The notes under the pieces were generated by a model. That model searched no databases. It was not told the DNA's origin and worked only from the letters and a program-made list of their open reading frames with translations. The position numbers and the translations under genes were made by a program. A stretch of DNA of 60,943 bases, filler included, from Sphacelaria rigidula (lineage: Eukaryota): the NCBI GenBank assembly GCA_964200075.2. It is 6 parts of 6 records of this genome, joined end to end, with 100 filler letters (N's around TTAATTAATTAA, not from the genome) between each part and the next. Parts side by side here need not be neighbours in the genome. Positions count along the whole stretch, not along the records: positions 10,175 to 20,248 come from CAXNAA020007200.1; positions 20,349 to 30,422 come from CAXNAA020007201.1; 4 more parts are not named here. One strand, 5' to 3'. Below are positions 11,569 to 23,700 of this stretch, piece after piece. The number at the start of each line of letters is the position of its first letter. Within the stretch, counting starts at the first letter, position 1.

Positions 11569-14500
11569 ATGGCCCGCCTTATTCTGGGTTTTTGGTCCGA
11601 GCTACGTCGATCGGTGTGGGACTACTGGAACAAATGTCTTCGCAGTTTGGCGGCGTTCAGCTGCAGAGTCCGTTCGAAAATGGACCGCAAACGGCGCAGA
11701 CCGCCACGGGTACTCCCGTGGTGATTACACATAAAACGGTGCAGCGTGCGTACGCTGTGGGGGGCTGTGGAGTTGCAGCCCATCACTTCCGCGGTCGTGC
11801 CCGGTAGGGATAACGTGGTTCTGTTTGGGATGACGACGATAAAGGAGCTCGGGATCGATTTGTATCCGCTGGCGTTGGATAAATTACGCCCGCGTGCTGT
11901 GCCGGTGCAAACCGGCGTGGAAAACCCCAGCTATCTAGCTGCAAGGCGTATGACCGTATCCATACGGTCGTTCCAGAGAGCCAATCAGGAGGAGGCTCCT
12001 ACGGATGAAGCAGTGGAGCGCTTGATCGATCGTGAGCCCGACATGTTCATGGACTCTGCGGAGGAGAGAGGTGCAAGAGAACGTGCGCTAGAGGATAGCG
12101 TGCAGCAGACCCAGTAGAAGGGCCTGAGCGCCGATGGCGCATGTCATCTGCGTGACAATTTGGCTCGTCGTGTTGATACACTTCGTCGTGCGCTGCGTGG
12201 TGACCCGCCAGCGCGCGTGGAGCCAACGATGGTGCAGCTCAAGCTACAGGCGAAGGCTGTAAAGGCCAAGCCTCGCCGTTACGATCCGGTGACGACCGGG
12301 TGGCTTGCTTCATGCATCGCAGCTTTGGTGGCGTTTTGTTTGTTGTTTAGAAACAATCAGGCTGTGTGGGCGAGTCCGACGATGGCGTTGCCGAAGCGGG
12401 ACACATTCCGTTTGGTCAGCGACTACCAGGCTGTGAACGCGCAGATGGAACAATCTCCGAGGGTGATGCCAAGCCAAGACACATGCGGGAGTTGCTGGGA
12501 GTCCAATGCTTCGGCAAGTTGGACCTGCTGCAGGGGTATTGGCAGATGCCTCTGACGCCGGAGGCTCAGGAGATCTTTATGATCGTCACGCCTGACGATG
12601 TGTTTACGCCCACTCGTGTCCCGCCGGGCGTGTTGAACGCCACGGCGCATTTTCAAGGTGTGCTGACTGACATTTTGCGAGGTCTGAACTGTAAAGTGTC
12701 GGTTGACGACGTTCTCTACTTTGCTGAAACCGAAGTAGCATTGTTAGCTTTGCTTGACGAAATTCTTGGCCTCCTGGAGAGTGTTGGTCTTTTTTGCCCG
12801 CGGAGTGATTTGGTTTGGTAAGGTGTACTCCAAAGGTACTGTTTTGCATGATCCCACCCGCATCCAAGGTTTGAGCAATATGCGACGTCCTCGAACCGCT
12901 AGTGAGCTGGTGTAGTTTCTACAGGTGGTGAATTGGTTGCGGACTTCGCTCTCGCACATGGCGGAAGTAGTGGCACCGCTTCGTGTGTTTTTGGAACAAC
13001 TTATGGTAGGGGGTTCGCGTCGGACCAAGCGGGTGGCGCGTAATCATATAATCCCGGAGGACGCTTGGACGGGGAATCGTGTGCGGGCATGGCGTGCTGC
13101 GCAAGATTTGGTGGCGCAAGCGGTGCCGCTGTATTATCCTTGTCCAGGGTGCGTTGTTCTGATGTTTCCAGATGCTTCGGGTTTTCACTGGGGTAGTTTT
13201 TCAACGTAAGTGCCTGTCGCCGAGTTTAGTAGTGGGATTGCGCTCGAAAACATGTCACACGAACCGTTGGCTTTTAGCTTCAAGGGTTCACAGTTGCGGT
13301 GGGCGACAGTGGACGAAGAAAGTTTCGCGGTAGTCCATACAATTCTAAGGCTAGAGTACTTACTTTGGGGTGGTGTTCGCATTTTAAAATGCATTTTCAA
13401 CCCCGAAGAGTGTGTCACATCGGTGACGAACGCCATGGCGCAACGGCTTGAAAATTGGAAAGGAGTGCTCGGCCAATATCGGTATGCCATTGAACACACT
13501 CCTGAAGAACGCAATTATTGGGGACATTTGTTGTCTCGCTGGTTGAAGGTTCCTACCGTGCCTCTTCGTTCTGTTGCCGTGTACAGCCCAGCCCGTGTGA
13601 TCTGATGCCAATGATTCGCTGCCCTCGTTAGATGTCATTCGTACCGGGCAGCGCGAAACAGTCGGCGAAGATGTTCATTCTTTCCTACGACTTCCGGTCA
13701 CGCTGCTTTGGCTGACGATGGTTTGTTTCGCATGCGTGTGGGCAGTAGGGATATTTTGTGGCTTCCGTCGGATGATAAGGCTCTATAAACTCGCTTGATG
13801 GTGTGCGCTCACATGCGGGTGGTCACCGTGGTGTGGCGCCGACTCTGTTTCGTTTGAAAGAATACCGTGTGTGGCCTCACATGGATTCCCACGTTCGCGA
13901 CTTCGTGCGCCAGTGTTTGCATTGTGTATAGACACTCGCGCTGGTGCCATTGTACCTCGTCCGTATGGCGATACTGCGCATGGTGAAGTTGGTCACTTTG
14001 ATTTCTGTGCGTCGGAAGTAGCGGACCTGAAGGTGCTGCTAATGGTTTGCCTGATGAGGATGGTTTCGGTACGTTTTGGTCATCATGGGTAATTTGTCCA
14101 CTTTCATTTGGTTGGAGCCCACCGAGGCTTGCACCGCTGAGGTTATGGCTACTCACTTGCTGCATTGGTGCAAGACTTTGGGGTTGCCGCTTGTGTGGGT
14201 TAGTGACACCACCACGTGCTTCAAGAATCGAGAAATCGCGCAGCTGAGCGATGCGCTCGAAGTGCAGCACCAATTTACTGTTGCGTATACCCCTTGATCG
14301 AATGGTGCTTGTGAACGCATGGTGAAAGAGGTTATTCGTGCGTTGCGGTGCATTTTGTTGGATTAAAGACGGCCGGTGTCTGAATGGGTTGATGTTTTGC
14401 CAGTCGCTCAGTGGGCGTTGAATACTTCTTTTCGTGAACGCTACCAGAACCCTCCGTATTGTGTGATGTTTGGGCGTGCGCCGCGTACAGCGTTTTCCGC

Positions 14501-15151
14501 GCTGGCTTCTGTCACTGGCGGTCAGTGGAACGTCGATGTCGTAGATGCTGATATGTTGCGTGGCAAGGTTCGAGGCGTGGTTGACGAGCAAGTGCGGTTT
14601 TGTAACGAAGTGCAAGCTGCTGTCGTGGTCTATCGCGAAGCCAAACGCAAGCTTGCTCCGGGCCAGGATGTGTTGCCCATGTTTGCAGTTGGAGATTTTG
14701 TCGTGTATGCCCGTGTACGTAGGCAAGGTGTGACGCCCAAGTTGACGTCCACGTGGACAGGTCCGTGGCGAGTGGTCGGATCCGATCACGCTCGCGTGTA
14801 TTCGGTGCAGAGCATTCTTTCTGGCGCCGTACACTCGGCCCATGTCGCTCGTTTACGTTTCTATGCTGACTCGAAGTTGCATATCACTGCGGAACTAAAA
14901 AACGTATTTCAGCATTCGTATGCTCAAGGTGAAGTCGAATAAATGCTTTGGTGCATGTCGCTGAGGATGACAATGGTGATGTCATTGTTTTGGTCGATTG
15001 GGAAGGGTTCGGTGCTGAAGAACGTACGTGGGAGTCTCGTCGCAAGATTTATTCTTCTGCGCCTGAATATGTTTTGAAGGAACTGCGTAAACCGCGGTTG
15101 ACTCGGGCGCTGACGAGTAAATTAGCGTCGGAGTATGGTATCTCTTTGTGA
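11569..15151 (+). pseudogene. pol pseudogene: protease, RT, RNase H, integrase, chromodomain
   Basis: RT motifs WASP..LPK..FRLVSDY, KLDLLQGYWQM, SVDD; RNase H FPDAS; integrase HHCC (GHRG...CLHC), SNGACERM, WTGPW; chromodomain VLVDWEGFGAEERTWE; several stops and frameshifts. Confidence 0.92.
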
Positions 15152-15229
15152 TCTGGCGCATGCGGTTTCGCCTTGGTTTTTGTTGATTGTCAAGCTCGTT
15201 CGTTTGTCTTGAACTCGCTTTGAGGGTGT

Positions 15230-15483
15230 TGTAGCCAAATGATACCAAGCCGTAAGGTTTCGGTATAATCGCATGCATGATTGGAGCAGTGGCAGGGGAC
15301 AGGGGATCCTGGATTGATGGCCCTCATCTGTGTGGCCCCTTGCTGTCTGGCTCGTGATCTGTTGAGGATCACTGCGAGATAATAACAAGTTAGAAGAAAG
15401 GACTTGTCGAGCACGAGGCCAGTGATACTGGAGGGGTCCCTCGTTGAACGTCCCGTTGTCCAGATCGTCTGGCAGAGGCTACA
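15230..15483 (+). repeat. 3' LTR of family B
   Basis: Direct repeat of 10996-11249, preceded by a weak purine tract GAGGGTG. Confidence 0.95.
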
Positions 15484-15867
15484 GAACCCAACAACCCTCA
15501 CCACTCGGTACTTGGGTCTAGCCACAAAAATATGGGAAATGACAGCACCGTCTAGTCAACCAGACGTCTAGAACCAGAATGGTGAAGAAATCAACACGCA
15601 CCTCCTCTACACCTAGCTTTACCCGGGTAGAACAAACAGTACAATAGTACAATGATAAACCATCAGACGCAGTGGATTTAGCAATCCCCTGTTTCTTCTC
15701 GTCTCGTCACGCATGCATCGGCGGCAGACAGGGGAGAGAGGCCAAGCCTACGCGCGCTGATGCACTAGCCTCACAACAGGACCTCTCGCAAGTGTTGGAT
15801 TCCAATCCTCCCATCCATTTGGGCTACTGCGTGAAGCAGCGCGGACATGAGAGAGAAGAACGCTCAC

Positions 15868-16784
15868 ACACTCTCCGCCGACGTCACAACCTTCGATCCC
15901 TCTCCATCTCTGTCCGGGATTATCTCCTATTGCTGCTTCGTTTCGACCGGAGCGGAGATGCGGACGTTGCCCGGGAATCCCATAGGAAATGCGAAAGCAT
16001 CGCCTTCTTCTAACACCGCTGACTCGCCGCGAAGGAGTGGTTTCGGGACCTGCGACCCTCGCATGTCGTTTGACAAATGGGAAAGGGGGAACGGACAGGC
16101 TCTACCTGTTGCATGCGTAGCTCGGGGTACAGCGTAGCTTGTGGCGATCACATATACACGACGGAGAGCATACATCACACGCGGCGTTCGATGATCTGAC
16201 CCCCCCGTCATTTAGCCACCAGCAATAATAGATGGGTCGCATCCGTAAACACGTGCTACACCTTATGAAGGACCGCCAACAGTCGCCTGTTACATACCTT
16301 CCGCCCAGCCTTGATTATCGTGATAGCGTTCTTGCCGAGAGCGGTCACGCGAACGCTCCTCGGGGTGGTACCACGCAAGGCCTCCACGCGAACATGCCTC
16401 CTGCTCACAGTCTTATCTTCGGCAAGACGGGGACGCAGAAATAACGAGCTGCAGGTGATCGAGAAGAAAGCGACGGCGGGCAGGGGCAGGGCAAGGCGGG
16501 GGTCGGGCGCGCGTGGGTATGTACGGCGACGAGTGGGCCACGCTTGCTGAGTACGCGACGCGTACAACGAGCCCACTTGTATCGGAGGCAAATATTTATG
16601 CGCAGCATGGAGACCGGAGCATCGTTGCTCACCTGCGATTGCCTCTTCCAATAATAATCTCATTCATTTCACCACAAGCGCCGAGATGGACGGCTTCCAC
16701 CCCGTCGACCGTCAATGCTACCGTACCTCCATCATCGCTTTGCTCGGTCTTGACGACCTCGTTTATCGCATCCTGGATCATCAT
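15868..16784 (-). pseudogene. FHA-domain gene or pseudogene (PNKP/APTX/APLF-type FHA); exons ~16784-16633, 16448-16298, 16049-~15868
   Basis: Spliced in frame at GT-AG sites: IIIGRGNRS/SLFLRPRLAEDKTVSRRHVRVE...VRVTALGKNAITI...RK/VPKPLLRGESAVLEEGDAF (GR, SRxH, N, GD motifs); TAG at 15927-15929 may be premature. Confidence 0.7.
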
Positions 16785-17803
16785 GCCCGGCCCGACAGAC
16801 CGGCAGGGTGGTGCGCACAACACGCAGTAGCGACGGTCGGCGTGCGAGGACATGTACAGTGTCGGTTGGCGAAACAATTTTTTCGTGGTGTCGATGCAGC
16901 ATACAGGTGAACGGACGTTTTGGCCCAAGTGAGCAGCTATTCTGAAAGCGTACGCCCGGACCCATGCACGCACGATGCGCACATCTTGGCCACGAAATGC
17001 CAAAAAGCAACCTGAAAACTATCATTCCATTTGCGGATTGTTTGGACAGTGCGCGAGTCCAATTCGCTGCGTCACTGACGCCTCTATCGTTCTGGGATTT
17101 TTTCCTCTCTCCTGCACATCGCCTTATCGACTTCCCACCACGGTTATTCGCATAGGCGGAGTGCGTGCACGTGTGTACGTGCATGAAGCATACAGGTGCA
17201 AGGGCACTCTGCGGTAGCTAGCAAAATGAGCTGCCGTTCGAACAATGGCCTAGCACCCAGCTACCTCATGTCTGATGACAGCACACATCAAACATGCAAA
17301 GGTAAGGAAAATAATTTTGGAGCAAATGGCAAAAAAAGAAGTCCCTGGGCAACATAAGTCCAATAGAAAATACGCCAGAGCTATGCCACGTGCTTATTCG
17401 TACCATAGTCATTTGTCGTTTTCGCACCTGTACTTTTGTTGCCGTTTTCGCCATCACCGACCACCTTCGATTGAAGACCTTCTCCTTGTCGCCGGAAACG
17501 ACTGTGCGATAGATACCCCCAAGAGGAAGAACCCCGTTGGCGGCGGGGGGAAAGCGTCACAACAGCGAAAACACAGAGGAGACGAGATTGATGTTAGGTC
17601 TGCGCGCAGGACTACATGCGCAGTGCGGTCAGACTAACATTTACGTGAGTCGTTCGGAATACAACTGGAGTAGTCCACGAAAGAGACTTGCCTTCTTGGC
17701 TCTCAGGCAGCGCCAATCACCCTTGGTTTTTGGTATTGCAGGCGGTACTGCACTGATTGATCTGATTGATCGTTGCACATGAACTAATCCGCCGATGTGG
17801 TGT

Positions 17804-17890
17804 TCACAAGGTCACAAGGTCACAAGGTCACAAGGTCACAAGGTCACAAGGTCACAAGGTCACAAGGTCACAAGGTCACAAGGTCACAAG
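17804..17890 (+). repeat. (TCACAAGG)~11 tandem repeat
   Basis: Perfect 8-bp period. Confidence 0.97.
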
Positions 17891-18584
17891 ACAGGCGTAC
17901 CCGAGGTGGAAGAAAGCGAAAATGAAAGACTCCCTGTGCAGGAACCTCGAGAGATGGCGGATATTAAAAAATTAAGAGAGGAAATGAACATAGTAGGACA
18001 ACCAGAGGTTGCCGCATCTCTTCGGCTACTGCACCACACCCACACACATACACACACCTTGCCCCCCCCTCCCCCCCCCCGTCTTTTATTTGCCCTTCTC
18101 ATGGGGCATTTCCAGACATTGGCCGAAACTCACTACAAAAACGGTGTGAAAGTCTTGACAAGCCGTGGCGTTAACTGCAGGAGTGATGCATGATCCAACG
18201 CACACACAAAACTGGTTCGGCGAACTGATCTCATCCTACATTCCTCTTGACGGGGTGCGGCGCCGTCCCAAGGATACCGTACTGCGAAAATCAGTTTGCC
18301 TATCTTGTGTGTTTTTTATCACCACACTGGTTCGATCTTCCTGACTGGCGGTCAACTCATACCAGCATCTCGGAAACAGTGCACATCACTGCTCCGAGTT
18401 CGGGAACATACTTCCAACACGTGAACCAGCACCATTTCCACGAGAACGACTACGTCTGGCAGCCTCATCACTTGGAGGCAGAGACACCAATCCACCAACC
18501 CCTACCCTTGCCCCTGCCCGCCCCATGCATGGAAGAAGCGTAATGAGCGCCTAAGTATTGGAGGTGTCTTTATTAGGAGAAGGG

Positions 18585-18654
18585 GCGGCGCTCCGTCTCG
18601 GAAGGGATGCTTGGTCAATGCTCAAACAACCAAGGCGAGCAACCAATGAATACG
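18585..18654 (+). mobile_element. Poly-C-adjacent retroposon 3' end, variant A
   Basis: GCGCTCCGTCTCGGAAGGGATGC...AATGAATACG followed by CCCCCC. Confidence 0.7.
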
Positions 18655-19004
18655 CCCCCCTTCCCCACCGAATTTTGGACTTTCGGGAAAATATGCCAAC
18701 CCCTGGAATAAACTGAAGAGACGGGGGGAAGAAGGAAATGATCTTAAATCGGTCTCCGAGCAAAAAAAACGATAAGCTCGAGCCGCCTGCTTCATGCAAG
18801 GGAGTCGTCAACACGGCCTATGGCTATTCTACGGGAAAACGGTGACAATAATCGAAATTGCGCACACACAGCGCAAACCTCACAAGAACCCAGATATGAC
18901 GGTCTCCCCAACCCGTCTTCCCAAATCCGTGGCTGGAAAAACACTTTACTTGGTTGTGGTGTCAGCAAACATATTCGGATCTTTCGGAGGTTGACAGTCC
19001 CGAG

Positions 19005-19160
19005 GGCTCGCCCAGCGTGCCCAGCACGCGTGTTGGCTCAAATTTGCGCTGGCGCCAATTCGAGATCTACTAACGCACAATTTGCCTAGGTTGCTTTTGC
19101 GCATCTCCCTTTGCCCGACAGTTCCCGGGTCTACACTCGATTGGGGTCAGGGTTAATGGT
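19005..19160 (+). repeat. Second copy of the repeat with a telomere-like end
   Basis: Similar to 4130-4290; ends TTGGGGTCAGGGTTA. Confidence 0.5.
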
Positions 19161-19541
19161 GGCCTCAGGGCATGGATTTGGGGAGTCGGGGTTGGGAAGA
19201 ACCCCCTCGAGAAATCACGGCGTGCGTCCGTCTACGAATGAAAAATGACACGCTAGCGCGCCTTTCCCCCTCCCGAGAGTGGCAATTGAATGCGCCGATT
19301 TTGAGTGCCATAAACGTGGTTACCTTTTGATGCACTTGATGGACTTGATCCACTTGATGGTACATCATGTCAGAAAATCTTCCGCCGCCAGCATTTAATT
19401 GTAAAACACCCTCAGAAAAATTTCACGTGGGGTCGGGAGAAAAGGGAGGTTACTACTACTTGTCCCGAATTTTCGCCGACATTACACATATACAAGGGAA
19501 ACACGACTCACTGTTGACGTCCTTGGGAAGAAACAACACAC

Positions 19542-19686
19542 CCATGTCCGTGCTCCCATCAACAAGGATTATGCTGTCGCCGGCGTCCGTTTTGTGGTAG
19601 ACGGTGCCCATGACGTCCACACAGATGCGTGATCCCACCTTGAGGGGACCACCGGCCGCGATCGCGTCTTTGAACTTCTGGCGACG
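19542..19686 (-). CDS. Possible isolated exon of unknown protein (RRQKFKDAIAAGGPLKVGSRICVDVMG...)
   Basis: Pyrimidine tract and CTGCAG acceptor, open frame, GT donor; no recognisable domain. Confidence 0.3.
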
Positions 19687-20248
19687 CTGCAGAAGCACCG
19701 GAAAAATGATTACGGAGGGAAAGATAGCATTTGCAGTCAATGCAGCTACGGCCGCAGTTGGCACGGACAGTAGTACTGCGCACGCTCAACACGACCGGCT
19801 ACAAACACGGTGTTAGGGCTTTCATCATCATGTCGGGTTTGAGGGGTGATATTCGTCGTCCACGGCTCACACATGCCCTTGAATCATGAGTATGTGCTGA
19901 CCAAAGCTGACGCTGAGGCGAGTATCACGAGGGGGCTTCCCGTACCGTGGCGGCGTTCGGTCCCGTGGCCGTTGCTGACCTTGTGCCGTGAACATCACAT
20001 GTCGCTTGTGGGAAAACACCTATTCACCCTCAGTCACTTGGCACGCGCTCAAGTTCTCGAGCGCGACGAACAAGACCCCTTAATATTGCTTGCAGCATAC
20101 TGCGTAAAACGGCGCAGTACAAAGGCGCAAAGAAGATGGCCGACGTAGCGACCCATTTTCCTCTCTTCCTCGTGCGGCGATGCATTCCTCTTCCTCCACT
20201 CCCCCTCCTCCCCCCCACCCGAGGTCCCACCTACGCTATCGTGCTCTG

Positions 20249-20348
20249 NNNNNNNNNNNNNNNNNNNNNNNNNNNNNNNNNNNNNNNNNNNNTTAATTAA
20301 TTAANNNNNNNNNNNNNNNNNNNNNNNNNNNNNNNNNNNNNNNNNNNN
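20249..20348. other. Artificial spacer N44-TTAATTAATTAA-N44
   Basis: Identical to the other spacers. Confidence 0.98.
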
Positions 20349-20385
20349 GGTCTGATGACTATGGCATGCATGATCATGAGTACAT
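20349..20385 (+). mobile_element. Poly-C-adjacent retroposon 3' end, variant B (cut by spacer)
   Basis: ATGACTATGGCATGCATGATCATGAGTACAT followed by CCCCCC. Confidence 0.7.
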
Positions 20386-20758
20386 CCCCCCTCCTCGAAG
20401 TCTCAAGTTTTCGATCTTGGGGCCCATGTATCCAGATATTTTCTCCCGACCAACATGCCCTTGGACAAACCTACGAAAAGCACTGCAGTCTGACACCATG
20501 CTGCACTTCTGCACGCATCTGTCGGGGAAAACAGCACACAAACTGTCCTGATCCTGGTAATAGCCCATTGCGCCAGAGTAGGTCATTCGGATAGCAACGT
20601 CACTTTTGAAGCGAAGACGATGCCGGTTGAACAGATGGCTAACCGTGACGATCAAGAAAGGGTCACGGAGAGCTGGGCTGCCCTCCGTTAACGAAAAAGG
20701 CAAAAATGTGGCATATCCGCCTTCTGTTGCCGCGCATATTCACGCGTCTCTTCGTCAG

Positions 20759-23700
20759 GACTGTCTTTGGGCTAGAGACTGATCGAGAAACATCTTCGCC
20801 GTCAAACGGCCCTGTCCTTGGACAAGATCAAGAGAATTGGACGATGTCAAACCTGACTTCCATATGCCGCACGGACATATCTAAGTGCTTTCGATTCACG
20901 GGGTTTTCACTCAACACCGAAATGTCCCAGCGAGGCCGCCCAGAAGGGTCTGCGGGGTGCCCGAATGTTGCGGCTTCCGTCGTTGGAGGGGATCGAGTCC
21001 TCGCCGTGTTGAAGACTTTGGGTACAGTTGTGTCAAGCATTCATGTTCCAGGAGGATCTAGACTTTTCGGAGGGGGAATTTCGGACGATCAACGTCGGAG
21101 TCTGTTCCGCGATGTGCTTGAATTTCTACAGAACATTTTCGCTGGGATTGCAGTGGAGAAGGAGCGACGAAACGAGAAGGAAGGCGGGCGGTGCGCTGCA
21201 GAAATACACAACACAAAACAAACCGATTGTGCGGATACGGTATGGGTGAGATTTTCAGATGTTGCAGACCTGCAAACGATGTGATCGCACGTATCACAAA
21301 GGGGACGGGTTGAGTTCTCAGTGAAAACAGCTGAATTTGATTGCGGACCCTTGAAGAATATCTTTCGTGGCGTCACTCCCTCCTCCACGATATACAGGCG
21401 CCGCCCACCATTAGTTCCGTCACTTCAACCTCGGACCCCTAGTTGAACATAAAACGAACAGACGTTTCGAAATGGTGGGAACTTTAGTTATTTGGATGGG
21501 GAGACACCGCCCACATCAAAGTGTGTTGTAACTCGTACGCCGCGCGTCATCGCTTTTCGTGCCTAAGCCATGGTAGGCAGAATATGAAGTTTTACTGTCC
21601 CAGTAAACCAAAGCACCGTCGGTGATCGCCCCAGTTGAACATGTAGCGTCAGTACATACAGCAGAAGAATGAATGGACACAAAAACGCGTGCACTTCCCT
21701 CCCTGAACCGTGAGGAAAATGCTTCTGCACGCCCGACGTGCCCCAACGTTACCTTTTGCGACACTTCTGCCGAGCGCCCATATTCTTCTACCGCCCCATA
21801 ACTTCGTACAGTTTCAATCTTTCCCCTTCCTCAGGACGAGCGGTGGTCCGAAGGACTCAAGCCGTCTCTCTCTCTCGGTACACGGCTTGCATGTTGGTAC
21901 CGTAGACTGAAGTATGACTAGCACTCCCGCACCGTGTCGACCTTTGTCAAACCAATTACTTTAGCTGCACACGCTCTCACGTTTTGAACGAGAGAAATTA
22001 CACACTATGCAGACTAGAGTCCAAGTGCGTCTACCTTGAATGAACGGGGCATTTTTTCGACCTAATAGTTTCGGATTTTGTATCAGACCGCCGGGGCGCG
22101 GCGTCTGCTTCAACAAAGAATCATTCTACAACAAGTTGCTGAGGTGTCAGCGGCCAATATTGTAGAACAGAAAACACTGGCGTCCGAAAAGGAGAATGCC
22201 GCCAGGTCAAATTTGAATGCCTTGATCACTGATTTTCTGAACTTCTGTTTCTTATCATGCGTTATAGGATCAAGCGTGCGGTCTTCAAAGAGGCCTCATT
22301 CCTTGGGTACATACTGTTTTTGGAATCAAGTAATTAAAATCCGGTGTGGGTACCACTGCATGGAAAGAAAAGTTCCCACCAGTATCGGTCGAGGATATCC
22401 AATTTTTCACACTGGTGAGAGACACCACTGGAAAAATCGTACGCTCGAATGAACAGAGGATCCCGGGTTCAAATCCCGGCTCCCGCCAACGAAGAAAAGA
22501 AGTGCCCCCTGAAGTTAAGTGGGCATAAAAAAATCGAAAAAATGGTGGGGGACCAGACAACTGGTGGGAGATCTTTGAGTAAAAGTCCAGTCTCACGGGA
22601 CAGTCTTCTGTGGAGATTGTTGGCTTGACAACCCAACACACGTAGAAGATTTTTGAAGAAATGTGTAAGTCCTCACCACGAGCCGACGAAAATGGTTGAC
22701 CCTACAAACCTCTTATCTGTTAAATAACGTTTGAAGAGGTCCATTCAGGGGGGCGTACTCATTTGTTGCTTGCCTTAGTCATTTGACCATTGACCACGCA
22801 TCCCTTTCGAGACGGAGCACCATCCATTCAGGGGGGGGGGGGGTGATGTGGGTACCACCACATGGAAGGGAAAAATCCCCATAAGCGTCGGTCGAAGAAG
22901 GGCCTTTTCACACCAGCTTTGATTTGCCTATTTACCGGCAGCTGTCTGGGCCTGTGCGTGCCTTCATAACTTAGAATCAAATGATGACGGACCGTGCTCA
23001 TTTGTGTTTCCTCAGGACATAGTTATCGCGGGTCTAACAGACACTTGGTCCGATATCCGCAGGATGAGCCAAGATCACGCGAGAAAACTCGCCGTGAAGC
23101 TCGGGCAGCTCAATGTGAGACATTTCCCACGTAACGGTATTTGCGCAGGCTCTATTCCGTCAAGGGTTTGCCATGGTAACAGCGCTTTGGAGTTGCTGTC
23201 AGAGTTTGCTCATGCCGAACAAATGCTGGCACCACCTACTGACGGTGCCCGACGTACAATATTTGGGAGGAGCATAGGGCGTATTTTCTGCATATCTAAC
23301 GAGCTTCTTCTGCAGCCGAGTGTAGGGTTGTGATATGATAGGATATATGCGTTTAGCGTTAGTCGCCGTTGTTCTTCCAAAATAACACATGTTCCGTACA
23401 GGTACCCTTGCCGTCGTCAGAGGTTCCTCGACCTATATGATCAAAATCCTGCACTTTAGACGCATCGTACCATGCTACATGTTTCCTGAAAAAATGTGCT
23501 GGTGAATCGACTGCTTTTCATTGACACAGGCGCGCGTCCTCTACATTCGTGTCGCTAGGGGTACTGCCGCCAACTCGAGTTCGGGCGCAGAAGTTCCGAG
23601 TCGATGGCAGAACATCCACGGTTGCTTGCTAGGCATGCGCGCGGCTCTAGAAGGTGCTGCATCTTCAACACCATGCTGCCACTGCGTACGTCTCATTAAT

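Larger units (their letters stand above)
10996..15483 (+). mobile_element. Ty3/gypsy chromovirus-type LTR retrotransposon (family B), gag-less and degenerate
   Basis: Two 254-bp LTRs TGTAGCC...GGCTACA; 4-bp TSD GAAT/GAAC; domain order PR-RT-RH-IN-chromodomain. Confidence 0.95.

Noticed and set aside
13809-14843. 344-aa antisense ORF inside the chromovirus
   Set aside because: Shadow of the integrase reading frame; no motifs.
17766-18193. ORFs with repeated HKVTRSQG, or a CRISPR-like array
   Set aside because: Pure 8-bp tandem repeat without spacers; the ORFs are by-products.
20349-20365. CTGATGA as a hammerhead ribozyme core
   Set aside because: No stem II followed by GAAA, no room for stem I, and the motif is not conserved in other copies.
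20190-20410. Apparent continuity of a variant B element across the spacer (CGTGCTCTG | GGTCTGATGAC) with TSD-like flanks
   Set aside because: The missing length matches neither 0 nor 100 bp and other junctions show no continuity; treated as unresolved coincidence.
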